Below are positions 16,979 to 30,202 of a stretch of 64,000 bases of DNA, piece by piece. Numbering within the stretch: position 1 is the first letter of the stretch; each line of letters opens with the position of its first letter. The stretch is from the human T2T-CHM13v2.0 reference genome, Homo sapiens, in assembly GCA_009914755.4 (NCBI GenBank), contig CP086569.2:12768001-12832000 (forward strand). The letters run 5' to 3'. The notes under the pieces were generated by a model, which was not told the origin of the DNA, did no database searches, and was given only the letters and a program-made list of their open reading frames with translations. The translations under genes and the position numbers were made by a program.

Positions 16979-17663
16979 TGGGCTGAATTCTGTCCCTAGA
17001 AATTCATATGCTGAAGTCGTAATTCCTCGTGCCATGGAAGATAGTTGTATCTGGGGATTGGGTCTTTCACGAGGTAATTAAGTTGCTGAGGTCATTAGGC
17101 CAGACCCTAATTTAATACAACTCGTGGACTTATGATATCGTCTAAATGCTTGTGTCCTCCTAAAATTCAATGTTGAAATTCTTACTCTGAAGGTTTAAGA
17201 AAAGCCTCCTGAATGGAATGAGTGCCCTTACAAAAGGGACCTCAGAGAACTCCCTTACCCCTTTCACCATGTGAGGACATAGTGAGAAGGTGCCATCTGT
17301 GAATCCGGAAGTGGGGCCTCACCAGACACCAAATCCGCCATGCTTTTAACTTGGATTTCCAGCCTCCAGAAGCGCAAGCAATAAATTTCTGTTGTTTATA
17401 AGTCTCCCAGTCTATGGTATTCTGTTGTAGAAGCCTGAAATGGACTAATACACTTTATGAGAAGAGACGATGAGGACACAGACACACACAGAGAGATGAC
17501 CTGGTGAGGACACAGGGAGAAGATGGTGTCTACAAGCTCTGGACCAAGGCCTCACGTGGAGCCAGCCCTGCTCACAGCTTTATACCAGACTTCCAGCCTC
17601 CAGCACTGTGAGAGAATAATGTCTGTTGTTTATAATCCACCCCGTCCATGGTATTTTGTGATA
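16979..17663 (+). mobile_element. MaLR LTR composite block C: full unit (16979-17452) plus a partial unit truncated by the LTR12 insertion
   Basis: The sequence runs gggctgaattctgtccctagaaattcatatgctgaagtcg...ccagcctccagaagcgcaagcaataaatttctgttgtttataagtctcccagtctatggtattctgttgtagaagcctgaaatggactaatacactttatgagaagagacgatgaggacacagac.... The second terminus is broken at ggtattttgtgat. Confidence 0.8.
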
Positions 17664-18998
17664 CTGTGTCCAAAATTGGTGGGTTCTTGGTCTCTCTGAC
17701 TTTAAGAACGAAGCCGCAGAACCTCCCAGTGAGTGTTACTTTTCTTAAGATGGTGTGTCTAAAGTTTGTTCCTTCTGATGTTCGGACGTGTTCAGAGTAA
17801 TTTCCTTCTTGTGGGTTTGTAGTCTCGCTGGCCTCAGGAGTGAAGCTGCAGACCTTCGCAGTGAGTGTTACAGCTCTTAAAGGCAGCATGTCTGGAGTTG
17901 CTGGTTCCTTCTGGTGGGTTCCTGGTCTCCCTGGCTTCAGGAGTGAAGCTGCAGATCTTCATGGTGAGTGTTACAGCTCACAAAGTCCAGGGACCCAAAG
18001 AATGAGCAGCAGCAAGACTTAACTGTGAAGAGCTAAAGAACAAATCTTCCCCAACCAGGAAAGGGACCAGTAGCCTGCTTTTATTCCCTTATCTGGCCCC
18101 ACCCACATCCTGCTCATTGGTCCATTTTACAGAGAGCTGATTGGTCAGTTTTACAGACTGCTGATTGGTGTGTTTACAATCCCAGAGCTAGACACAGAGT
18201 GCTGATTGGTGCATTTACAATCCTCTAGCTAGACATAAAAGTTCTCCAAGTCCCCACTAGATTAGCTAGACACAGAGCACTGATCAGTGCATTTACAAAC
18301 CTTGAGCTAGACACAAAGTGCTGATTGGTGCATTTACAATCGTTTAGCTAGACACAAAAGTTCTTCAAATCCCCACAGACTCAGGAGCCCAGGTGGCTTC
18401 TCCTAGTGGATCCTGCGCCGGGGCCTCCGATGGAGCTGCCTGCCAGTCCCACGTGGCATGCCCGCACTCCTCAGCCCTTGGGGGGTGGATGGGACCAGGT
18501 GCCACAGAGCAGGGGGTGGCACCCGTCAGGGAGGCTCACGTGTGCGGGAGCCCATAGTGGGGCAGACTCCAGCATCCCGGGCTGCTGGTCGGGAGCCCTG
18601 CCCCGAGGGGAGGTTGCTGAGTCTCTGCGGGAATTTGAGCGCAGCAGTGGGCCGGTAATGCTGGGGGACCCACGCAGCCTCCGCAGCTGCTGGCCCAGGT
18701 GCTAAGCACCTCACTTCCCAGGGCTGGCCACCCTAAGTGTGGGGTCTGCCGAGCCAGCGCCTACACAGAACTCAAGCTGGCACCAGAGTGCTGCCCACAG
18801 TCACGGTTCCCGCTGGCGCCTCTCCCTCCACACCTCCTGGCAAGCAGAGGGAGCCAGCTCCACCTCTGTCAGCCCAGAGAGGGGCTCCCACAGTGCAGCG
18901 GTGAGCAGAAGGTCTCCTCAAGCACAGCCAGAGTGGATGCCCAGGCCAAGGAGGTGCTGAGCGAGTGAGGGCTGCTAGTACATTGTCACCTCTCAATA
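17664..18998 (-). mobile_element. Solo LTR12 (HERV9 LTR), minus orientation, about 1.3 kb, inserted into a MaLR unit
   Basis: 18090-18400 carries tandem gctgattggtgcatttacaatcctctagctagacacaaaagttctccaagtccccac units (reverse complement of the LTR12 U3 CCAAT-box repeats). 17985-18040 is the reverse complement of the ctttgttctttcactctttgcaataaatcttgctgctgctcactctttgggtcc polyA-signal region. 17664-17980 is the reverse complement of the U5 gagctgtaacactcaccgcgaaggtctgcagcttcactcctgag repeats. The CpG-rich U3 5' part lies at 18400-18975. Confidence 0.75.
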
Positions 18999-19240
18999 GC
19001 AGCCTGAAATGGACTAAGCCATCTCATAAGAAGAGGGGATAAGGACACATATATGCGGAGTCGACCCTGTGAGTACAAGGGAGACTGTGGTGTTGGCAAG
19101 CCCAGGATAGAGACCTCAGGAGGAGCCAGCCCAGCCCACACCTTCCTCTGGGACTTCCAGCCTCCAGGAGTGTGAAAAATAAATGTCTCTTTTTTAAACT
19201 TCCCAGTTTGTGGTTCTTTGTTATATAAGCCTGAGAAAAG
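18999..19240 (+). mobile_element. Continuation of MaLR composite block C after the LTR12 insertion: end of partial unit 2 plus partial unit 3 (19024-19240)
   Basis: atagcagcctgaaatggactaagccatctcataagaagaggggataaggacac...cctcaggaggagccagcccagcccacaccttcctctgggacttccagcctccaggagtgtgaaaaataaatgtctc. Confidence 0.75.
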
Positions 19241-20430
19241 TAACACAAAGTAATACAAAGCAGATGGTTTTGTGACACAAAATACTAATAGTAATGGTCT
19301 TGCTATTAATTAAGGGATCAGAAGGATAGGTATGATTAAAAAGATATTGTTTGATGGTTCAGCTTCCAGATATTACCAGCATGCAGATTTAGAGAACCGG
19401 TGTTTTCTTTAGCATTTTGGTCCCATCTTTTATAAGAGGCAGAGTTTCCAAAGAGGGATAAAGAGGATGAATGGGAGGAAAAAGAGGGGAGCATGAATAA
19501 TTGAGAAAAAAGCTAAAGCTGACAGAAAGGAGATATAAGGATAATCTATAGTTCAACTCTGTTCTTAAAACTGGATAATTGAGCTATTTTCCAAATGCAA
19601 TATTACTTATACATAATGGAGAAAAACAAGAAAAATTGTTTTCCAAGATTAAGTGGCATTCCTAATTGCCCATAAAAAATTACAGATCACTTTTGTAGAT
19701 ACCAGGATACCATACCACCCTTCACCCACAATTTGGGACATACTACTTATAATAGTTGACAGCTTTAATATCATTTCAGCTACCAGGATCTAATTTGTCC
19801 GCCTGGGATAATTTTTCCCTAGAGAACAGATGGAAAATGCGAGTTTCACAAACAGTAAATAATTCTGTGAGCCTCTTTGAAAACTCACTGAACTGATGCT
19901 TCCTCTGCAACATTGCTACCTTCAATTTTACTGATAGTAACTTTTGAAGCTGGATATTCAAACCTACATGCCATGTTATACTTTACATGGGAAACGTGGG
20001 GAGCGAATAATTTCATTTATAAGTTAATATTTACTGAAAAATGAAAATGTATGGTCCTAGGTCAACAATTGCTATCCTCAGTCTCACCTGCCATTAACGA
20101 AGGGATCAGCAGGATGAATACTATAAATATTGTTTGATGTTTCAGCTTCCAGATATTACTAGCGTGCAGAGTAAAATATTTTTTACTGTTATCTTTAACA
20201 ATACATTTTTTAAAACTCTAATTTAAGTGTGCAATATGTTTTCAAACTTCTACTGCCAGTTTTTATGATGAAAATTTTACACTTAAATTTTATATCTCAG
20301 TATTCTATAAGAAGAAAAATAAGAATTAAAGATAAGGCAGATAAGAAAAGGCATAAAATCAAAGATTTGTGATTTACTTTACTTAAAACTGCTCAGGAAA
20401 TGGAATTATACAAATACTAACATATATTGT

Positions 20431-20782
20431 CTTGTATTAGCTACTGTAACAAAATACCATAGACTGGGAGGCTTATAAACAACAGACATTTATTGCTCAT
20501 GTTTTTGGAGGCTGGAAGTCCCAGATCAAGGTGTGGTAGATCGAGTGTCTGGTGAAGGATTCCTGGTTCCTAGATGGAGAGTTCTTGCTGTGTTCTTACA
20601 TGGTGGAAGGGGTAAGGGAGAAGGGCACTCCCTTGGTTCACTTTTATAAAGGCACTCTTCATATTCATGAGGCCCCACCCTCACGATCTCATCACCTTCC
20701 AAAGGCCCCACCTCCCAACACCATTACCATGGAGGTGAGCGTTCAACACATGAATTTTGGGGAGATACATTCAGTCCATAGC
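20431..20782 (-). mobile_element. MaLR LTR (MST-like), minus orientation, single full copy
   Basis: gctactgtaacaaaataccatagactgggaggcttataaacaacagacatttattgctcatgtttttggaggctggaagtcccagatcaaggtg...ccccacctcccaacaccattaccatggaggtgag...atgaattttggggagatacattcagtccatagca is the reverse complement of the LTR. Confidence 0.8.
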
Positions 20783-22879
20783 ATGTACTCACATGTTTAT
20801 ATGTGTATATGTGTATTCACATTTTGTAGATATATGGAATAAATGTTATGTATATGTGTATATCCTTATGTGTGTGTGTATATAATATATCTAATAAATG
20901 TTATGTATATGTGGATGCGCTTATGTGTGTAACATATATATGGTATATTCCAAAATATTGCCCAATTTTTATACATAAAAATTATACTGAATTTTACTGA
21001 ATTATACTGAGTCAAATTTAAAGAATATTTTTCTACATTGTTTAGAATAAATTAAACATTTTACAATTAAAAGAGAGATACATTTTGGTTAACTTAAAAT
21101 AAAATCTCCCCCAAAGGTGACCTGTATGTGATGTGGGCAGGCTTGTGGGAAAACACATATCTTTGGCACAGATTTTTCTTTCCACATGGTTCTGCATACA
21201 CTGCCACTGAGCCCAGAGATACTTGGTCTTGCTGGTATACCAATGGATTATCTCTAAAAACTCCATTTCTCTAACTCTTTCCTTGAGAGCAAGGAAGGTC
21301 AGCTATCTGTTTTTCTGTTTGCTGGTTGCTTTTTCAGTTCAATGATACCATAAATAACCATGAAAGATCCCAGGGCTCATTAGTTGTTTGTGTGATTTGT
21401 AGGGCATTTAAAACCTCCTGCCTGCTATTCCTCCAGATTCTATTTTGGCTATTCTTGGAAGTCAGAAAGTTCGTTTTTCTCTTTTAGTGAAAAGCTCTAT
21501 CAAAATCCTTTTACATGCAGTTTTCCATTGTAAGACCAATAAATGGTAGATTTATTATTCTATCCATTTTTTCCCAGCACAGCTTCAACACAAAACAAAG
21601 TTGTACCACAGTTAACATTAAAGCCACATGACTATTTTTGGGAAAACTGCAGAATATCTCTTTCAGACCTTATGGGTGAGATGGGAAGGGACGAAGTAGT
21701 TTTCTGTTTTGTCAAAGGGAGATTTTCTTTACAGAGACATTAGATCATTCAAATCAACCATTTTGGAACACTGAATTTCCTTTTAATGAAAAACAAGTTT
21801 TTGTTTATTTTCAATGTTAACTGATGTGGTAAATGAATGTTTTTGGCATCCCCTTTGGGCAAAGTGGAAGACTGGCACATGGTACCAGTAAGTGAATTAA
21901 TAAATGATTTTTAAAATGTAAATAAGTAAATAAATTAATCCAGAAACATCATTATCTGTCAATGTTCCTGTTAATAAATCTTCAACAACCATATGTTAAC
22001 TGAAGCCAATGCAGAATTATTCTCTGGGGAAATTTTTTTCCCCACCAGACATATCCGCACCCCCTTTTCTTGCAAGGTTGTGATTAGATGCAACATTTTG
22101 CTGGATAATTCCATATTCTTGAGAAGACACAATGCTAATTTTTGCTGTCTTCATTGTCATCAATATCTGGAGTATGGTCTTCCTGAAGATGCTAACTTTG
22201 AAATTTCTACTCTTAAATCTTCTTTAGACTTCAAGGTAAACTACATCAGTAATGAAGGATTATATGAGGGATACTCAGCCCCTCTATATATGTATTCTAA
22301 ATTTTACCCTGGAGTTAACTCATAGCATTAAAAAGCCTCAGAGCTAAGAAACAACTTCAGATATGGAATTCAATGTTTCTAAGACACTCTGGCACCAAAT
22401 AAGACATTTGTTTTGCAAAGCTTAAGCTACCTGTAGTTGGATATTTACTTCAATTTGAAAAACATTATTTAAACATCTAAGGAACTTGCTGGTTTTGGGA
22501 CAGGATTCATTAATACGCTGTATGCTGCAGCCTTGGACCATGTTTGCATACATATTATCCTTATATCTGTCTGCCTTAGGGTTTAACATGGTGTTCACTG
22601 ATGACTTAAATGAGTCTACTTTCATGTCATGGAGTTATAGCCAAGCTAAATACAGAGACAAACATTTATCCTAGTGTTGGTGGAATTCTACATACCAGTG
22701 TGCCCATGCACACACACACACACACACCACTCTCCTTTTTAGGTACTCTGTCTTACAGGAATCTCTCTGTGACTTTGTCATTGTGGCAATTGGGAAAATA
22801 GAATAATTGATATGGTAATTTAGGAAGATCAACAGTAGCATCAGTTGATCAAAGTATCTCCCATTTCCAAATTAATCTT

Positions 22880-22997
22880 TGCCCTTGAGCAGAGAAGAAA
22901 TGCTCCTTACTGTTTTCCAACTGCCTCATTCCCTGCCAGGCATAGCATAGAAGAAATGCTCTTTAGTGTTTTCCAACTGCCTCATTCCCTGCCAGGC
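22880..22997. repeat. Tandem duplication of an approximately 57-bp unit (2 copies)
   Basis: gaaatgctccttactgttttccaactgcctcattccctgccaggcatagcata is immediately followed by gaaatgctctttagtgttttccaactgcctcattccctgccaggcat. Confidence 0.8.
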
Positions 22998-23820
22998 ATC
23001 TTGATCCTAAGTCATGGTATCTTGAGGAAAAACATGAGAGCTTGCTTCACGGGCTGAGGTCATACTATGAATAACACAATTATTAGGGTGAATGTAATTG
23101 GAGGTAAGAAATGCATTGAGAAGAATCATTTATCCTCAGACTTCCAAGGTGCAGAAGTGATAAAAATATGAGTAGTAGAACATTCTTCAGTTAAACATGG
23201 TCCCATACATAAGGAACCTATTCAGACATACTCATGCCCTGTGCTGTCTGAGTCACTCAAGCACATGTTTGCTTTTCAGAATCAGGAGAAGGAGCCAGAA
23301 TGGAAACTCCTGAGGGATAGTTTCCTGTTTAACATTCTTATCCAAGACAATCTTCCTAGCTGCTAAGTCTGTAGATAGCTCAGCAGTTGTGGTGCTCATA
23401 TCCATTCGTTCATGGGTAGGGGTGATGTGCCGATGCTCTTCCAGGCAGAATACTCAATGAAGGTGATAAGGGAGTGAACAAAATGAGCCAAGCAGGCTCC
23501 TGGAATACATGGTCTAGTGGAGGCAGATAGTTATAAAAAATCAGGCAAATAGCTGTATCATTATAGACTGTGGTAGATAGTATGAGGGAAATAAATATGA
23601 TGCCAGCAGAAATTGTAACAAAGGGAATGAACTAGTTCAGGAGGTCACAGATAAATTCTACATGCTCCAAAAAGAAGACAGAGCAAGGCAAAGCATCTGC
23701 AGCAGGAGTAGGTAGGACTAGAGAAAATCTAGGTTTTCAGGGAAGGTGAAGAGTAGAGAGAAGTGTGAGCCAAAACCAGGCAAAGCAGGACATCTTGAGG
23801 GCCATCAAAAATGACATTCA

Positions 23821-24297
<477 letters not shown>

Positions 24298-25379
24298 TTA
24301 GGAAGCAGATAAAGTGTCCAGATAAGAGGCCAAGGTAGTTTCCACCAGACAGATGGTGACAGAAATGGAGAAATGCAGTCAAATGAGAAACATCTATGAG
24401 TACAGGAGCTAGATTGATTACAAGGGGAAAATGAAGATCTCCAAGTTCCTGGCTTATGGAACTGGACATGAAAGGCTGGGACACAAGTTTGTTCTTTGTT
24501 CTTGTGTTAGTGTGTTTTATGTTACTACGGAGGCTGGATGGTTTAAAGAAAAGAGGTTCATTTGGCTCACAGTTCTGAAGACTACAAGAAGTTTGGCACT
24601 GACATCTACTTCTGGGGAGGACTTCAGGCTGCTTCCCATCATGCCAGAAGGCAAGGGGAGCTGGTGTGTGTACAGAACACATGGCAAGAGAGGAAGGCAG
24701 ATATAGATACCAGGCTCCCTTAAACAACCAGCTCTCATATGAGCCAACAGAGCCAAAACTCACTCATTACCAGGGAATGGCACCAAGGCATTCATGAAGA
24801 ATCCACTCCATGACTCAAACACCTCTCACTCAACTCTACCTCCAACATTGGAGATCAAATTTCAACATGAGATTTTGAAGGGAAAAATACCCAAAGTGTA
24901 TCAGGCATTGATAAGCGTAATGATCTTTGAGATAGCTGAGAGGAAATGTTGGAAAGACTTGAATATATGGGTCTGGAGTATGTAGAGAAGACATGAACTG
25001 GAAACATACATTTGGAGTGACTGACCTGCACACATTGATAGAAGTCAGGGGCAGAGATGGAAAAACTTACAAAAGGTGCATAAAATTACAGGAAATAGTC
25101 CAGGGGAAAGTTTTGACGTGCTCCAACATTCAATTGTCTGTTGAACAGTGAAGGTCAAATGCATCCTACGGATTGAGTGATTTAATTGAATTATGGTGAG
25201 CTTGCAGAGAGCTGTAATTAAGGGAGAGTTATAGGATAAATTTCAGACTGAAATTGCCTTTGCAATATTATAACTGAGGAAATTGTGACAGTGAAAGAGA
25301 TAGACCTAAATGACTCCATTTTGCTTCTAACCTCTAAGTTGTGCTTGTTCATTTCTCGGCATAGACTGAACTAATTTTG

Positions 25380-26154
25380 GGAAGGAATTTACTTCATGGT
25401 TTGACTCTGAAACAAAATTGAAAACAACCCTTTCCCCAAAAAGAAACACTTCTTGACGGGGACCAGCCTGCCTTTGCAGGAAAAACAAATTAGCTGCAAG
25501 ATTAGAAATTATAATTTAGGAGTCATGCAGCAGTGGGCTGTAAGAGTCTGAACCTCCCCACATTGCTTCTGGGGATAACATTACTATTGTAAAACCTGAG
25601 ATCAGTGCTTGAGATATTTTGCAGACCCTACACTTAATGAATCAGTTGATACCACCCAGACTAGTAATCTGGCTCAACCAGTTCTGCCCTCCCACCCAGG
25701 AACAGAAAACAGCAAGAAAACCTCACTTTGACCTGGTACAATTCCATCTCCAACCTGAACAATAAGCACTCTCCAATTCCCAAGGCCCAACCCACCAAAT
25801 TATGTTTAAAAACTCTAATCCCTAAATGCTTAGGGAGACTGAATTGAGTAATAATAAAACTCTTGTCTCCCACACAGCTGACTCTGCATGAATTACTCTT
25901 TCTCCATTGCAATTCCCCTGTCTTAATAAGTTGGCTCTGTCTAGGCAGTAGGCAAGGTGATCCCATTGGGTGGTGACAGGATTAGAGTTAGTCAAAAATG
26001 AGGGAAATGGAGACTTCAAGTATCCACAACTCGAAGAATATTGCTGATATTCATTTCACTGGGCAACCCACTCAGGTCCCCTTCCTCACTGTGAAAGCTT
26101 TGTTCTTTCACTTTTCACAATAAACCTTGCTATTACTCAAAAAAAAAAAAAAAT
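25380..26154 (+). mobile_element. LTR-like element that terminates in AATAAA followed about 14 nt later by a 15-nt poly(A) tract
   Basis: It ends ...cactgtgaaagctttgttctttcacttttcacaataaaccttgctattactcaaaaaaaaaaaaaaa, which resembles an ERV LTR R-region polyA site (compare LTR12 ctttgttctttcactctttgcaataaatcttgctgctgctcac). Upstream, ...aactctaatccctaaatgcttagggagactgaattgagtaataataaaactcttgtctcccacacagc resembles U3/R. The family is not identified. Confidence 0.4.
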
Positions 26155-26299
26155 TCATTTCATCCATGTTTCCACATCACCTTATGTCATCTATATATGG
26201 TAACACATATCATCTTATATCATCAGAAAGACAATACTGCGTCTTATTACTTTGCTTACCTGTATATATTATTGATGAAAAGAGTCAAACTTTGTAAAA

Positions 26300-26720
26300 T
26301 ATTTAAAGAGATTTATTCTGAGCCAAATATGAGTGGACAATGGTCAGTGACACAGCTGTAGGATATCCTGAGAACATCGCCCAAGATGGTCAGGCTACAT
26401 CTTGGTTTTATACATTTTAGGGAGACATGAGACATCAATCAATACATGTGAGATGTACACTGATTCAGTCTGGAATGGTTGGACAACTGGAAATTGTGGC
26501 TTCAAGTTTATAACAGGAAGATTCAAAGATTTTCTGATGGGCATTTGGTTGAAAGCACTTGCCTAAAGACTTGGAATCAATAGAAAGGAAATGTCTGGGT
26601 TAAGATAAGGGTTGTGCAGACCAAGGCTATTGTTATGCAGATGAGGACTTCAGATAGCAGGATTCAGAGAGAATAGATTGTAAATGTTTCCAATCAGACT
26701 TAAAAAGCTGTCAGCCTCTT
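26300..26720 (+). repeat. Unidentified interspersed repeat, copy 1 (paralogous to 53010-53400)
   Basis: A shared block ...ggttttatacattttagggagacatgagacatcaatcaatacatgtgagatgta...ggttgaaagcacttgcctaaagacttggaatcaatagaaaggaaatgtctgggttaagataagggttgtgcagaccaaggct...cagagagaatagattgtaaatgtttccaatcag also occurs at 53130-53360. Confidence 0.5.
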
Positions 26721-26874
26721 AGTTGAATTTCTCCTGGATCAGGAAAAAGTCCTGGAAAAGGGAAAGAGATTCCCTATAGAATGTAGATTTTCCCTCATAG
26801 GAGACAGCTTTGCAGGGCTATTTCAAGATATTGCAAATAAACATATTTGGGATTAAAATAGTTTGATTTCCTTT

Positions 26875-27176
<302 letters not shown>

Positions 27177-27387
27177 TTATGATATTATGCCAGAGTCAGG
27201 TTGGAAAGTAAGCCATGTTTTATAGGGTTAAATAAAACCCCTCTTATGAGACTTTATGATTAGTAGGGCATGACTCCTAAGACCTCTAAGATAGGAATTT
27301 GTGGAAGAGAAGAGAAAAGGTCAGAGTTCATCCTCTATACAGTTTCAATTTAGTAAGAAATTGTACATTACATTTCACTGACTGAAG

Positions 27388-27749
27388 TGCCATGCACATC
27401 CATGTGAAGAGACCACCAAACAGGATTTTGAGTAATAAAGCTTTTTAATCACCTGGGTGCAGGCAGGTTGAGTCCAAAAAGAGTCAGCAAAGGGAGATAG
27501 GGGTGGGGCCATTTTACAGGATTTGGGTAGGTAATGCAAAATTACAGTCAAAGGGGGTTGTTCGCTGGTGGGCAGGGGCGGGGGTCAGAGGGTGATCAGA
27601 GGGGGAGCTTCTGAGCCAGGAGAAAGAATTTCACAAGATAATGTCATCAGTTAAGGCAGGAACTGTCCATTTTCACTTATTTTGTGACTCTTCACTTGCT
27701 TCAGGATATCTGGATGTATATGTGCAGGCTTGGGCTCAGAGGCCTGACA
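27388..27749 (-). mobile_element. HERV-H 3' LTR (LTR7 family)
   Basis: tgccatgcacatccatgtgaagagaccaccaaacaggattttgagtaataaagctttttaatcacctgggtgcaggc...atctggatgtatatgtgcaggcttgggctcagaggcctgaca. Confidence 0.85.
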
Positions 27750-28182
27750 TTCTTCTCTTCTTATATTAATAAGAAAAATAAAATGAAATAGTGGTAGAGT
27801 GTTGGGGTGGCAAAAATTTTTGGGGTGGTATGGAGAGATAATGGGCGAAGTTTCTCAGGGGTGCTTCAACGGGAATTGGGGGCGGCATGGGAACATACAT
27901 TAGGAGAGATTAAGTTGAGAGAAGATTTTGTGGTAAGGGGTGATATTGTGGGGTTGTTAGAAGGAATATTTTTCTTATAGAATGATTGATGATGGCCTGG
28001 ATATGGTTTTGTATGAATTGAGAAACTAAACAGAAGACACAAAGTCTGAAGAAGCGAAGGAGAAAAACAGATCTAAGAATTGGGAGAACCCAGGACATCC
28101 AGTCAGAGTGCCTAAGGGGATTCAGCATGATTATTTGCTTGGTTGGTGAGTTTTGGGCTCTATCCTTGCATTTTTTATGTTT

Positions 28183-28473
28183 TCATATTAGAAGACAGAT
28201 TGATTTAGGTAAAAAAAAATACTCTTCATTTAAAAATATACGGAGTCCTCCCTTTTCAGCAGTGAGTAATTCATGGCCTCGGGAGTTCTGGAAGACAACG
28301 GCAGCTAGAAAGTCAACTTTGGCCTGAAGGACTGATAAAGTTAGTGATATGTCTGTGATGCTAGCACAGAAGTCATTAGAGAGGCTATGGAAAGTTGTGA
28401 CAGAGATTGAAATGCCTGCTATTCCAGTACCGAGAGCAATAGTGGAGGCAGAAAGTCCTAAACCCACAAGCAA
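28183..28473 (-). pseudogene. HERV-H env remnant, transmembrane (TM) subunit with an immunosuppressive-domain-like motif
   Basis: The ORF contains LQAKVDFLAAVVFQNSRGHELLTAEKGGLRIFLNEEYFF, comparable to the retroviral TM LQNRRGLDLLxxxxGGLCxxLxEECCF consensus. Confidence 0.7.
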
Positions 28474-30202
28474 GGGAATTGGTGGAATAACCTTTTTGTA
28501 ATGTCGCTGTCATGAAGGGAACAGGAAGCTCTTTGGTTCCATTTGCAAATTAAATTCTGGGAGTAAGAATAACTAGTGTGAATGTGCCTGTCCAATTAGG
28601 AGGTAGACACGTCTAGGTAGAGGATCCACAGAGGAAGAAGAGACCTTGTGCAAGGCAAAACTGGAAATACAAAGTAAAAAGATGAGAAGGAGAACTAAAA
28701 GAGGTGTCTTGTACCCAGACTTCTAGGGATCCAGCTAACGCGGCAGCAGTCAGAAGTTGTAATGGGGACTGATGGGGTAACTGTGTAAAGGGAGATGTTT
28801 GATTTTCATGGTGTATGAGAAAACATCAAGTGTTTACTAGCAACCTTTACTGTTATTTACAGAGCTGGGTATAAGTAAACAAGAAGAGGGCCTGGGAGGA
28901 GAGTCTGATGAGCAAGGGGAAGGTAGCCAAGGATGGAGTGAAATACAGTGTAAGTGTCTTCCTAAGCAATAATTACTGCTAATGTTTTTAAGTTTGACAG
29001 TATTTGATAGAGGGCTTATCGGTAATGTGGATACAGAAGGCTCCAATTGTTTCAGTGAAGTGTGTAGTTGGTCTTTGGAGCTGAAGAGTGAAGGAACATC
29101 AAGAAGGTGAAAGGTTACCCAGGGGAATTCCAGTGGGTCTTTGCTGAGAGATACATAAAGCAGTGTCCACAGGAATAGTAGTTTGTGTTGTGAGGGGTCC
29201 AAATATGTGTAAGGGGGGAGTAGAGTTGATATAAAGCGAAAGGTTTTTTAAGTAAGTGTGGAGGAGGGCGGCAGCTTGCTGATGTGAAATGTCTGGGGAG
29301 GTTTCACTGGACCTGTCTAGAAAGTAAAGAAGTTCTTCAGGAGGGTAAAAGTGAGGGCTGTTAAAGGAAGTTCAGAGTTATAGGGAGACAGGAGATGTTG
29401 TGCAGTCTGTATGTAATGTGGGGACAGCTGTGTAGGTACAGAAAGAAAGGAAAGTGCAAAGCCAGTAATTATTCACTGAGGGATTAGAAATGGCTAGAAG
29501 AGAGTGAGTGAGATTGATAGTGTGGTGGAGATAGCTGGGGAGAGGTAAAGGGTGACATAAGAATGGGAATAAGAGTGAGTATAAAAGTAAAGAATACCAC
29601 TTCATCAGGGGGAAAGTATTGGAGGGTGCCCTGCCAGCAAATATCATCTATCCACTCTAAGAGGGAGTTAAGAGTGGCAGTTTGGGGTTAGCACCAGGAG
29701 ATATCAGATGTGGTGGCTTGGAGGAACTGTGTAAACCGGCAGTGTAAACAAGAGCAGGACATTTATGAGTAGTTGAGAACAGTGAATAGGAGTATGACTA
29801 GACAGAAGATAGTAGGGATGACAAGCTTTTGGGGTGTAGTCGAAGTAGTGAGGGTGACAACATAAAGCTCTGTTGCAAAAAGTAGGGTAAGGAAGAATAG
29901 AATTAACAGAATGGAGGGACATATTAGACTCATGAGGGTTATTACTATTCTTCAGAAATGTGGGTGAGTTTAAGGGAAGTAGGGGAGAGTACTTGTGACT
30001 TCCAGGAGGAAGAGGAGAGATTAGACTGGCTGTCCAATGAACACAGCTTTTTCTGGAATGGTGGAACCCAGTGGGGAGTATCCTGAAGGCAGATGGCACT
30101 TGGGGTAATATAGGTGACTAAGTAGGGTCTGGTCTATCGAGGTTGTAGAGTTTGAGGGGTCAGATTCTTAACAAGAACTGACCGTCCAGCTAAGGTGTCT
30201 TC

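Noticed and set aside
18406-18996. Cluster of overlapping GC-rich ORFs that could look like a CpG-island first exon
   Set aside because: The interval is the CpG-rich 5' part of the LTR12 U3 region, and the ORFs overlap each other in all frames. It has promoter-like composition because it is a retroviral LTR, not a host gene exon.
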